From NCBI GenBank assembly GCA_015680685.1, contig MNCI01001254.1, positions 67,658 to 131,657 of the forward strand: a DNA stretch of 64,000 nt, read 5' to 3'. This document shows positions 22,610 through 34,776 of this stretch, one piece after another (position 1 is the stretch's first letter; each line of letters starts with the position of its first letter). Position numbers and translations under genes: made by a program. Below the pieces are notes generated by a model that was not told the DNA's origin, made no database searches, and saw nothing but the letters and a program-made list of their open reading frames with translations. This stretch comes from Gnetum montanum. Taxonomy: Eukaryota > Plantae > Gnetophyta.

Positions 22610-25331
22610 AATCTACCAGATGCCCACGTGGGGTACATGAGTAGAAATGTTTCAAATGAAATGCATTAAAATTCCTATTCAACCTATATCCTTGCAAATC
22701 AGCAATCTTAAACACATTTGGGGGCAGTGATGTCTACAATTTGGAATGGACTTGACCACATAGGTGAAAACTTAGTTTGAGGGCTAGTTAGATCAGACGC
22801 TCTATCTCTCTTAAGGGCTAGATCACCTACTTGAAAATTTTTAGTTGGATGTTTTTTATCGAACCATCTCTTGACAATTTGTTGATGGTTAAGATTATGA
22901 AAATCAAGACCTACACTTATTTTGCTTGATCGTTTTCTATAAATTTTTTCTTTAATATAAGTTTAAATGATAGGTCTAGGTTTTGGTGGGTCATCGGATA
23001 TAGCTTTTCTAAGAGAATGTTCCATGGATGTGTTGTTAAAATTTAGCACACCTTCAAATGTTTTAAGAGGTAAGGTCTTATTTATATCTTTGTCTTCCCC
23101 TAAAGGTGGTGGATCACTTAGACAAAATCCATCATGTTGTTGATAAGGCAAGGTGTCTCCATAGCTTTCTTCACCTTCTCTAGAATTTTGATAGGATTTG
23201 ATGGAATCTGCATAAGAGATAGAACTTTTTGTAGTTCCACTCACATAGTCATTTTCAACATGTTCACTACACTCAACCTCAATAATCCCAACATAAAGAT
23301 TAGCATTTCAATGTTCCAAAGATTGATTTGGTTGATCCAAGTTTGTTACTACTTGTTTGTAGAATGGTTCTTGGGGTATAGTCATGTATTCAAATTTTCC
23401 TTTGATAGGGATCAATAATTCCGAGAAATCTGACCTAAAGAAGCCCCCAAACTTAGCTCCAAAGGTCCTAAATAAAAGCACACCATATGTGGGTTTCATG
23501 TCAACTAGTAGGATATCCGTATAACATGTAAATGTAGGGTATTGCTTAAGTTGTATCTTTACTCCTTTTAATAACCCTACCACAGGTACGTTAGATCCAT
23601 CGAGTTGAATCACACTTTTAGTTTGTGGTATCATTTGTGCTCCTAAGGTGTTACAAATGTCAAGAGGCATAACACTAACAGTTGCACCGGAATCCATTAA
23701 ACAGTTATGGACATTCTTTCCTAAAATAATCAAGGTGGTTAGGAAAGGGGGATGGTCCTTTTTGCTAGACATGGAATTACCCACGTTTTGTACTGATAAT
23801 GTGTTAGGACTTTCTGCAAAGTGAACTTGCCTTTCAGGAATTGGGGATTTTTCTCTTTAGGCTACAGGTATATCAACCATATCCCGAATCACTTCTTTCA
23901 TTTTGTTAAAGTGTAGGAGATCATACATCGAAATGTTAGTTTTAACTCTTTTTAAGTCCTCAACCAAATCATAATTCTTATGTTCATCTTTGGCTTCTTG
24001 TTGAGATGGAACTCTTCTAAGTATAGAAGGGGGGTTTGGTCGTTGTGGGGCAATTACTTGGGATGACCCGGATTGGTTGTTTGCATTGTTTTGACTAGGA
24101 ACTCTTCTATTTGGAGTTGTGTAGCATTTATAATGTTACTAATTTTGCGGTAGCAAGTGTTGTGTGGGTTAGGGTCGCCTACCATAACTTGTTCTAATGA
24201 GGAAACCTCTTCATTTTCTGTCTCATGAGGTACATCAAGAACCATGATAGGGGTTTTCCCATTTTGTTGCCCTTGGGTATTGTCACCATACAATGCCATG
24301 AATTGAGGACAAGTCTTTTCGTAATGTTTCCTTGTATTATGAAGACGACAATAATCATCGTTGATTGATGCACTTGGTTTTTCTGGTTGTATAGGGCTTT
24401 TGTTATTGTTTCTCTTTAGCTCAACCACTTCATTAGATAGTTTTTGTAGTGAAGTGAGTATTTGGGTCATCTGATTTTGAGTTTGCGTTGGTGGTTCAAC
24501 AAAATTTGATGTCCCATTTGGGTTGATAATGGATTGGATCAAGGCTTTTGATTGATCATCATTCAAACTAGTGTTGGATGGTAAGAATGAAGAGAACATG
24601 GGGCCTTGTGAGTAATTACTTAAAGCTTGAGTTGATTAAAAGGGAAAAACAATTTGAGGCATAACATTAGACGTTTGAAAAGTTGGTAGGAGTGGGTTTG
24701 ATTGCATAGGGTTACTAACACTAATCATTTCAAATTGGGTTTGGATGCTATTCATAAGGGTTATTTGCTCTAATTCCATAGCTTTTGACATCGCACCTTG
24801 TATTTCCGTTATGTTGGGATTAGATTTGATAGCATAAGTGAAGAATGGATCAATAGTAGAGAGATAGAAGTTGAGGATATCATCTGGTTGTGGTCGCATC
24901 TCATTTGGCACATAGGCTAATTGATGAAAAAATCTAAGGTTATAATCCCTAACATTTTTCCCAGGTAGCTTTCTTAGGCTAGTAAAGTTGCTTGATGCCA
25001 TAGCAAGGCTTGTAAATTTGTCAAATTGATTCAAAAATTTGTTTTTGAATTCTTGCCATGTGTTAATAGAGGCATCAGGAAGCATTAAGAACCATTGGGT
25101 TGCTTTGGTCCTAAATGTTGTTACAAACACTCTGCATGCTACATCATTATGTACAATGTTGTGGATCTCTAATAAGGTTTCAAAACATTGTATGTGCTAG
25201 CGGACATCATTCGTAGGGGTTGTAGGATCAAAGAATAGATTTATGTTCTGAAGGGATTTTGGTATGTCATGGTAGTTATGAAAATTAAAAGGGTTTCTTA
25301 CTAAGGGAATCGGGGGTTGATGGGCTGCCAT
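22610..25331 (-). pseudogene. Gag - aspartic protease - linker - integrase GPY/F tail ORF of the Tat-like element
   Basis: Retrotrans-gag (ACRVFVTTFRTKATQWF), CHHC knuckle YCRLHNTRKHYEKTC, protease CLMDSGATVSVMP, then FQVGDLALK...KFSPMWSSPFQI...NAFHLKHF. Confidence 0.85.
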
Positions 25332-26732
25332 CTTAGTTCAAGGTTTCTTAAGAATTAAATTTGGAAAAAGTAAGGCTTGTTGTTTTCTTAAAGTAAATTG
25401 ATGAGTAGCTGGTTGATTAGGGATAGGAGTAGAAGTTCTTTGTTGAAATGTTCCTGTAAGAAGAGTCACTCATAAAAAAAATAACAGAAAATGTAAAATG
25501 CTAATAAACTATGAAAATTAAAGAAAATGAAAAAAACATTTGAATGCTATATTTAAAAAAATAAAAAATAAAATTGAAATTAAAAAATTTCAGAAAAGTA
25601 AATTGAAAGTAAAATGATTTAAATCACCTCAATTAAATTTCAGAAAAACAAATTAAAAAAAAAAGATTGCTAGAATATAAATTTGGAAATTTAAAAATTT
25701 GAAACTAAAATAGAGCAATAAAATTGAAAATAGAGAGGCAAAAACAAAAATAGACAGTAATAAAAAAATGATATTTTTTTTAAAAAAAGAAACATAAAAG
25801 GAAAATAAAGAAAAGGTTGAGAAACTGCCCTCCTTTTAGCGCCAAAAATGTGTTGATGCGCAAATTTTGGACACGCCGCCAACACCTGTGAAAACTCGTT
25901 TTAGGAGACTATCGCCTAGGGCGCCTCCCGTATGGGTACGGAAACCTAGGAATAGTCTCAGCTGGAAAGGGCTATGTGACAAAACAATAATAACAATATT
26001 TTAAAAAAATATTAAAAGCTTTAAATTTAATAAGAATATTGAAAAGTTAAATAATCTGTGCAATTTAAAAGAGTACAACAAATAATTCAAAATAAAATGC
26101 AAAAAAATAATATTGAAAACTGTAAAAGTTATCTGCCACCGCGGCTGCTTCTGTGTTTGGAGATGGTAGAGAGAAAAATCTGTCCTATTGTTTGAAAGCA
26201 AATAAATAAAGAACAAAACGATGTGCATACAACTTGTCTCTACCAGGTTTCTATTTATAGGTAGAAAGAAAGACTTCTATTGACACCCCTCACGGTGTCT
26301 GCATTGGCACCGCCGCTGTTGGGCGTTGGTCTCTACCGCGTGGGTAAAAAAGAAAAAGAAAAGAAAAGAAAACGTGTTTGTTTCTGTTTGAGAAAACAGA
26401 AAACCTTTGTTCAACAATTGCTACTGCAGGGCAAGCACATTGTCATTTGCAATCTTCCTGCAACTGCTATTGATGTTCACCATCTGTTTCACGCTCCTAT
26501 CGTGTTCTACCGCCTGCTGGTAGAAGAGAGAAGACTGCCGAAAATGCCTCCGCTGTCGATGTTGCCTGCTAGCAGAACAGAAAATGGTCACTACAGACTC
26601 TCCGGATCCTCCCCCTGTTTACGTGAATTAACAGGGTATTTATAGGGTTGGACCGGGCTCGGGCACAAAATTCAAGAATGGAATCAACAGCTGTGAGATG
26701 AGAGGAAAGTAGATCTAGCAACATGTGTCCCA

Positions 26733-26930
26733 TGGATAGTTGGCACGAGTTGGATGTGTGTTGGATAGTTGGATTCTTTGACCAGGTTTAATGTATCTGT
26801 GTTGGATAGTTGTGCACGAGTTGGATGTGTGTTGGATAGTTGCATTCTTTGACCAGGTTCAATGTATCTGTGTTGGATAGTTGTGCATGAGTTGGATGTG
26901 TGTTGGATAGTTGCATTCTTTGACCAGGTA
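26733..26930. repeat. 71-bp tandem repeat inside the LTR (3 copies; 2 copies in the other LTR at ~21047-21172)
   Basis: gagttggatgtgtgttggatagtt at 26747, 26818 and 26889. Confidence 0.9.
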
Positions 26931-29349
26931 CATTGCATTTTACAATTTATGGGTTATTCAAGCCCATGAAAGTACATTTAATTTAGACCATGAGGGCTTG
27001 ACATGTCAATACTGTACGACTTCTGATTTTTTTGTGATATTAAACTTGTTCAAACAAGGCCCTATGCCTAGCATGGGTGAGGTTGGCCTCAACAACTATC
27101 CAATAGCATCATCTTCTCTTGCGGTGAAAGGCTCTATGGGTTACATTGCTCCAAGTATGCATTTTTTATTCTTACCTTTTCTACATCTATATTCTCCTTT
27201 GATGATGAGCGAAGAACACTAAATTTCAAGCAATGGTTTTTCTTCAGAGTATGCAATTGGAGAAACAATATCTGTGAAAGGTGATGTATACAGCTTTGGA
27301 GTGGTTATCTTGGAAGTCATCACAAGATTGAAGCCCTCACAGGACATGTTTTCAGGGGATCTCACACAGCCATTGTGGATCTCTATGGCCTTGCAAGGAC
27401 AATTAGTAGAGGTAAGAAGAGAGACAATTAAAGGTATTATAAAAATAGTAGATGAAGGTGGAGGAGGAATTGAGATGGGGAAAGATGAAGAAATGTTAGC
27501 TGTGGAAAGAATTTTGATGCTTGGTCTAAGATGCACTTGCCAATATGCTTCCATGAGGCCTATCATGAAGGAAGTTGAGTTTTTTCTACAATTAGTTGTT
27601 CTGAATCCTCAAGATCAAGGGACATTACCAAGAAACTTGGAAGAAGTTATTAGCATTGTAGAATCAGAACCTCCTCTCCTTCACAGAAGGGAAGAAGCTG
27701 AAAGTTCAACTTCTTCTTAATGGTGATTCCAAGTAAGCACTTTTTCTAATAGATCAGACGATCAGCTCTTGTTTTACATCACTTACAAAAATGTGAAAAT
27801 GTCCTGTCTAACAATGATCCCCCTGGTTATGCTTCATTACATGTATGATTTAACTGTTGTTAGTATCAGATGGAAACTTACGCTCTGAAATGTTGACACA
27901 GTTCAGTGTATATTTGTTTTTAATTATTAAATTTCCTGATTACTTGCACATTGTCAACCTGTTAGATCAGGCCTCGCTATCGAAGATAGCTTATTCCCCT
28001 TCCACATTGTTCTTAAATCCCATACCCACATGTTCTTTCCTAAAGTTTCTAACTTCCTACATTTTTGCAGTGAAGCACTGTTATGCATATCAAAGCTAAA
28101 ATTAGAAAATTCTATTAAAATGAAACCATTTTCAACTTTGCATTCAGATGTTTGATTTTCAATTTATAACATTTTAACCGCTATGTCTATGACAACCCTA
28201 ATGATTCATAAAGTAATGTATTTGATTCATTTCATAGATTTTAAAGATCTGATCTTTTCATGCAAGTTTCATGAAAAGAACAGGCTAAGTCCATGTCAAC
28301 TCCCACCAGCTTCAATGAAACATCTGTAGAGATGAACCTTCCATATTAGACCATGGCCATGCAAATGAAACCATTATATTTTCGTTTGTCTATTCAAAAA
28401 AAATAAGTACTCTCCAGTTGATGTAGGGAAACCATTTCAGATTTCTGGGCTAGGGTGATCATTTTACACAAGTTCTAATTTACTGCATTAGAATATTGTG
28501 TTAACTAATTCAATAGAAAAGCTTTAAGGTCTTCCTTTTCTTAAATCTCTGTCTATTATATATATAATAATTCTATTTTAATTTTTGGTTAAAGGAATTG
28601 CTAAATTAATGTAGAGATACAATACTGTTTTTGTAAATGAAAATTAGTCTTTCATTCTACCAACTTGCCATTAATTCAGAACTTCCATTAAGGGGATGGC
28701 TGGAAAAAGGAATTTACAACATAAATAATGCATTATTTTAACCATGGTACTCAACCTCTACATTGTCATAAGCGTTCAAACACATTATATCATGTTTTAT
28801 AATATAACATAATAACTAGAGGGAGCCTTTAAAACCTTGGCTTGAATATTTAAGTGAAATCCTTCCTTGTTATTTAACAATTTATCTTGCTGATTTTTAT
28901 TGGTTCCTTCAAATTACAACACACATCATCTATTTTTATCTATTGGGCTTGAAACCTCCTTTACTTCATTTATTTCTCTCTAAAGAATTTATAAAGAAAT
29001 ATTTACTTTGAATAGTTTGGATTGTTACTTAAACCAAGTAGTTAAGTGCAGTTGCTTGTCCAACCTCTATAGAGATTGAAGAGTGTGCACCTATTGTACC
29101 AACCTTTTTTATCATGTATCTTTATTTTGGCAACTAGAAATTTTCATTATAGAGATTGATCCTATATCACAAGATGTGTTCATTCAAATTTTCAGTTACA
29201 TGCCTAGTAATCAAAGTTTTGTTTCAAGATTAAATGATGTGATGCAAAAACACGACATTTAAGTCCTTCAAGCTAGGTGTTATTTTTGATTTCTTTTACT
29301 TAAGTAAGTAATGTTTCGATGGTGCATGTCCTAAATATAAGGTCATTTA

Positions 29350-29838
29350 TGTAGATTTCTTGAAAGAATTCTTTTATCTTGTAGATTCTTAGCAACCCAA
29401 TATATTGGATGATGTTGCTAGCTCAACTGAGAAATTTTTTTTTTGATTTTATAATTGTGATATCTTTGTGATTCGGATGAGTTTTTGTCTCATTTTAAGG
29501 TTGTTGGAAAGTTCATTCTACAATCTATAAGTTTGTAAACTTTTAGCTTAACTAGAATTTATTTAATAATTTAAATCTATCTCAAAAAAAGATTTTGAAT
29601 AAAATTGTTTAGCATCTAGAATAGAAATTAGTGATTTGCACAATGAATATCTTTGCGATATGAAAGAGTTATGGAGAGAGTGAATACTTGATACAAAGCT
29701 CTTTCAACAATATACTTGCTTAAAAACTTTGGAATTGATTTGATTGTTAAAAACTATAACACAAAAGTGGCTTTGAATGTGATTATTCAACTTCTTGGAT
29801 TAATGAAATGGTGAATATGATGAATTCATGAAGGATGT
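29350..29838 (-). mobile_element. Partial solo LTR, inverted relative of the Copia LTR at 30067-30883
   Basis: The reverse complement aligns with 30383-30883 (e.g. aagccacttttgtgt, gattgtagaatg, tttctcagttgagc) and ends at the same AAATCTACA terminus. Confidence 0.7.
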
Positions 29839-30066
29839 GTTGGTTCTAGTATGCACTTTGAAAACTATTACTCTACTCATTCTAAATGTCCATTTTGAGG
29901 TTTAGAAGCAAGACAAAGAAACAAATATAGCAAGCCCAAAGTCAATGTAATAGAAGGCAATATCTACATATGGAAATAGTAAAAGTACATAGTCAAAGCT
30001 CAAACCTTGAGAAGATAGATCAAGTGAAGCCAAAATAGCTTTTCTTGTAAATAGGGACCAAAACTA

Positions 30067-31800
30067 TGTAATTTATATTTGAGTTATTATGTTACATAAG
30101 ATAAGATAGGAAATTCTATTATTTTTAATTTAATTAAAAGATTGATGGACAGATGTACTTAGAGAATGACTTCAATCTTTCATGTATCTTGAATTTCTAG
30201 CCAAAATTTTCATAAAATAGGTTTATTCCATCATATTCAATTATAGGCCCATCATTTGGCTATAAATATATGAGCAAATTATGTTCATAAGTGAAACAAT
30301 TGCACAATTTATCTATAATCCCATATCCTATTTATCATCTACAATCCCATTTACAATTTCACAATTTATCCCATTACAAATTCATCCATCCTCAATTCAT
30401 CATATTCATCAATTCTCATTAATTAAAGAAGCTAAAAATCATAATTGAAGCCACTTTTGTGTAATAAATTTTAACAATAAAATCAATTCAAATAATTTAC
30501 AAAGATTGTTGAAAGAACTTTCTATCAAGTATTCATTTAGCCCATAACTCTCTTGGATATTTCTTTTGAAAATCAATAATTTCTATTTTAGACACATAAT
30601 AGTTGTATTCCTAACTCCTTTTTCTCGAGCTATATTTGGATCATCAAGTAAATTCAAATTAATCTAAAATTTTACAAACTGATAGATTGTAGAATGTGCT
30701 TTCTAACAAGCCTAAGATCAGCCAAAAAATCATTCCAATTGCAAAGATATTACAATTACAAAATTAGAAAAAAATTTTACTTTTTCTCAGTTGAGCCACC
30801 CACATTATTCAATATATTAGGTTGCCAAAAATCGGCTATATAAAAAATTCTTTTGAATCTTTCTATATCCAAAAAAATCTACAATTGGTATGAGAGCAAA
30901 GGATGAAGCCATGGGGGATACAAGTAAGAATTTTCTAGCATGTTCAATAATATATGATGGTACTCAAAATTTCAGATTATGGTAGGAATTAACACAGGGA
31001 CAATCATATCATAATGATGTTTGGAGTATTATGCAATTCCTAAAATAGTGAACAAAAATCTAAGAAAGAAATTCCAAAGAATAATTAAAAAAGCAGAATT
31101 GGCAAAAGGCATTATATGCAATTCTATGTATGAAAGAATTAGAAATTTAATTTCAAAATTGAAGAATAGTAAGAAAATGTAGCAATTCGCCCAAGAAAAA
31201 TATAAAGACAAGGACACAATTTAAACAAAAGTAGAAACTATAAACAATCAAGGAAGGGAAACTCATACTCAAAAAACCAAAAAGAATGCAAACAAGGAGG
31301 ACAAATCATAAACTTCACAACACAAAAATTCAAAAGAGAAGCAAATTAAGAAGTCAAAAAGTGAAGGAAGCAACCAATCTTTCCTGTATTTTACCATTTA
31401 AATAAGAAAATTTCTTCAAACAAGTGCTACAAAAACAGGTTGTGGAAATCACATGACTTCAAGAATCAATGACTTTACTAATGTATCATTTGAAAGAGGC
31501 CCTGAAAAACTATATTTTGTATATTTTGAGGATGGCAGAGAGCTTCAAATTCTTGGAAATTGTATAATAAATATTAATATGAAATATGGAAATTATTTTA
31601 AAATTAGAATGTATTTTATATTCCAAATCTTGAAAAATCCATCCTATTAGTTTGCCAATTAACAAATGATGACGATAAATTAGTATTTGAAAAAAAAAAA
31701 CACATGCATTATATATGATGAAAATAATATAAAAGCTAAATTTTATATGCTTGGGAATTAGATCTATTGCCTAGAAATAGCTTCAAAGTCAAAGAATTCA
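30067..31800 (+). mobile_element. Degenerate Ty1/Copia 5' fragment (LTR, PBS, gag, protease remnant)
   Basis: LTR TGTAATTT...AAATCTACA (30067-30883; start tentative), PBS TGGTATGAGAGC at 30886-30897, gag start MGDTS...IYDGTQNFRLW, protease-like TGCGNHMT near 31440. The 3' end is approximate. Confidence 0.7.
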
Positions 31801-33299
31801 AGACATAGAAAAATCTAATATGCTTAATGGGACTGAGAAGACTAACAATTTCCTACGTAGCTTTCTAAAAAATCCATGGAAGATTATATAATTCAAAAAG
31901 ATATGGAACTTTTGCATATTCTTTAGATTGGATATTAGAATTGGTAGTCTACTTATGAATAATTAATACTACATGTTTATGTATAAAAAACCCTATATCT
32001 AGGGTACACTACACCATTGAAGCATTGCCCAACTCAATGAGTATAAAAAAATGGGAATAGTACCTAGTATGAAGGGCTTGAATGTCATGTTTTTTCATCA
32101 TATCATTTAATTGTGAAACGAAATTTCAATTATAAGGTAGATAACTTAGAATTTGAATAAACACATATTGTAATGAAAGATTGATAAATAATGATGCATA
32201 TACATCATTAGGAAGAACACAATTGGGTGTCTTAGTTGCATCAACATCATTGGAAGAAGGTGGCACAACTTTTTTTAAAAGCTTGTAAATATGCATTTTA
32301 AGAATTAATAGAAATTATTCCATTGATAAAAGAAGCAAAAATTTCAACATTAATTGAAGAAGATAAGAGTAATATAGAATCCTCCATAGGGAAACTCTAT
32401 AGAAATCAAATTTTTTGGAGAAAAATTAGATTTGTTGAAAAAAACTAGATTTGCTTGTTAGGCTAGTAGTAAGACTCTTGATTTAATACCTCCAAGTAAT
32501 GGGTGAATATTTTATTATGATATAGACAACATCTGTATCATCTGCCTCAATTACACTTAACCATAGACATTAAGACTATAGAGTGTAATTGAGAGGACAT
32601 TGACTTGCAATTAGACGCTTAGCTATCTAGTTGTGATGTTAGTCTAATCCACAAATTACTATTAGGTCACTTGCGTATGATCGTGATCTATACAGTTGGG
32701 TGTTAAGACTACTTATTGTTAATCACTTTGCCACTAAAAATAAATAATGATAGTCATTACATTAAATTAAGAAACAAACTTTATTATAGGAAAAAAAGTT
32801 AAATAATAAATATATAACTAAATAAGTTAATACGTAACAGGTAGAGTAAGAGCCCTATGCTTACTTTTAAACAAATGTTGTAACTTAAATAACATGGTAC
32901 GAGAGATTCGTAGAACGGAGACGTACGAGATTTTAGCATTGAAAAGTCTTTTAAAGGTAAGCCTCCTCCGTTTACGAGCTAAAGCAAATTTTAACTATGC
33001 AAGGGTGCATAGACGTGACGTGGTCAAGGGTCCAACCCAACCTTTAACGAATGCCATGGATGGAGCGGATTTGCAATGGTGTGCGGTGAGGGTTGGAATG
33101 GTTGCACCATTGATGTCTGAAAAGTCAAAGCATCAATACACTGAATTCAGTCAGTTATGGGTGCAGGGGGGGACCCAAATATACGTGATCGCCATCCAAG
33201 ATGCAGAAGCAGCGCATGTGATGAATGAGAAGAGACAAATCCGTAGCTCTGTCACACCATGACCTGCCTCAATTCTGTCACCAGAGTTTTGTCTGGATC

Positions 33300-34743
33300 C
33301 TATCCTTCAAAAGAATCCGATTTGTGTGGAAGCCAGGAATGGATGAATGGTGATTCTGAATGTGTTTAGTTGAATGTGTTTAGTTGTGTGTTTCAAGAAA
33401 AAGTGGGAACGGGTTTGGGGAGGTTGCAAAGCAAATTTAAATATATTAGTTTTTTTAAAAAATTAAATCTTATGTATCATAAAAAACATTGTGATATATA
33501 GAACAAGTACAATGTAAATTCAAAATATTGTTAATACTTAAAAATTACATAGAAAATTGCAATATCATCACTAAACTAAACTAAAGCAAGAAAATTTGCA
33601 AAGGTATGGAGGGCATCAAATCCATCTCCTAATTGCATAGAAGATTGCAATATCACCACTAAACTGAAGCAAGAAAATTTGCAAAGGTATGAAGAGCATC
33701 GAATCCATCTCCTGAGTGTACACAAAGGATTACAATATCACCACTAAATTGAAGCAAGAAAATTTGCACAGGTATGGAGGGCATCGAATCCATCTCCTTA
33801 CTCATAATCTGGTCAAACATATAATCTTTGCAACAACCAAAATCACAGCAATAAAATGAAACCCTTTTGTTACTCAATCCAATCTTTCTAAAAATGAAAT
33901 TAAGCCTTAAGCCTCAATGAAATTTATAACAAATCATAGTTGCTAATACTTTTGTTGAATGATGACCTTTAAGTAGGGCGATAGGGCCATGTTGAAGACA
34001 ACCACATTACAAGAAAACACAACTCAACTAAACTAAACTAAACTAGGCATAGCCTAGTAACTTACCTCACCTACGATGATCCAAAACCTTTCAAAGGCAG
34101 GGAATTGGCACGAGTCATGATGAAAAAGAAAAGTAAAAATAGAGCATCATGGGCATGCATATGGCCCATTGGCCATGTGCTGCTAGGCTTCGTTGGCTCA
34201 TAAGCAAACTGTTTTGTTTTTGTTGTTTCAGGAGAGAGAGATGAGAAAAAGAATAGGAAAACCAGCAATGAACAATAAACACGCACGCGTGAGTGTGAGT
34301 CATGGCGGAAGCTTTGACGCTGCCAAAGTCCAATCAATGCAAATGCAATGTTTTCTTTGCACGTCCCGTCCCCTCTCCGTATGACGCAAACTTGGCCCTT
34401 GGTCTACCAAAGTAGCCCTTTAGTCATTTCCGTGGGTTTGTTTATTCATTCGTCCTCCCTTGTTTTCTGTGGTCTATGTGTGATGCCGATGCCATGAATC
34501 TTGATTGCTTGCTTGCCACTTAATAATGAAATAAAGTTTATGGTAAGATTCAGAAGGAGCAGATACAATGCATACATCGAGAAAAAGGCAAAACACCAAT
34601 GCAACACAAACGGCTAAAGCAGGTAACAAATGACAAGGCAACGCGACCATTTCAATGTACATGTATAAATTGAGATAAAACTTTATTAAAAATTATGAAA
34701 TACGTGCCCATTGTGAATACGCTCCTGAAATCAAGGCGAACAG
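33300..34743. mobile_element. Non-autonomous TIR DNA element, copy 2 (inverted), just upstream of the CRK2 ATG
   Basis: It starts ctatccttcaaaagaatccgatt, matching the reverse complement of the copy-1 right end (ctatgcatcaaaagaatccgatt). It ends tcctgaaatcaaggcgaacag, resembling the reverse complement of the copy-1 left end (tcctgaatctccggcggcgcatag). It is absent at the equivalent CRK1 site (1485-1525). The TSD is degenerate. Confidence 0.85.
33555..33798. repeat. ~84-bp tandem triplication within element copy 2
   Basis: gcaagaaaatttgca.aggtatg.ag.gcatc.aatccatctcct at 33586, 33669 and 33754. Element copy 1 has a single copy (~18745-18820). Confidence 0.85.
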
Positions 34744-34776
34744 TTCGTGAATCCCCAATTTCATCAGGGAAGTTCC

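Larger units (their letters stand above)
20189..27094 (-). mobile_element. Ty3/Gypsy Tat/Ogre-like LTR retrotransposon, non-autonomous (no RT/RNase H), 6.9 kb
   Basis: LTRs 20189-21337 and 25851-27094 (TGTTGA...TCAACA) with a perfect 5-bp TSD ACTAT (20184-20188, 27095-27099). PBS TGGCGCTAAAAGGAGGG (25844-25828, tRNA-Arg type) and a purine tract at 21338-21347. It is inserted in the kinase activation segment. The LTRs differ at 8 of the first 130 nt, all transitions. Confidence 0.95.
16176..27720 (+). pseudogene. LRR receptor-like kinase, non-RD (LRR-XII / FLS2-EFR-Xa21-like), interrupted by two insertions
   Basis: Signal peptide, LRRNT (ALIQFKK...DP...W...CNWTEISC), many LxLxxNxLsGxIP repeats, SFLGNLNLCG cap and TM. 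Kinase motifs [22 protein letters not shown] and KGSMGYIAP, intron 27155-27247, then GDVYSFGV. Multiple frameshifts and stops (e.g. 16588, 16951). Insertions at 17821-19076 and 20189-27094. Confidence 0.92.

Noticed and set aside
26733-26930. CRISPR-like appearance of regularly spaced repeats (also 534-657 and 33555-33798)
   Set aside because: These are plain tandem duplications with no unique spacers, in a eukaryotic context with no cas genes.
32894-33262. 122-aa ORF upstream of CRK2
   Set aside because: The paralogous region upstream of CRK1 has indels that do not preserve the frame. It is promoter sequence.
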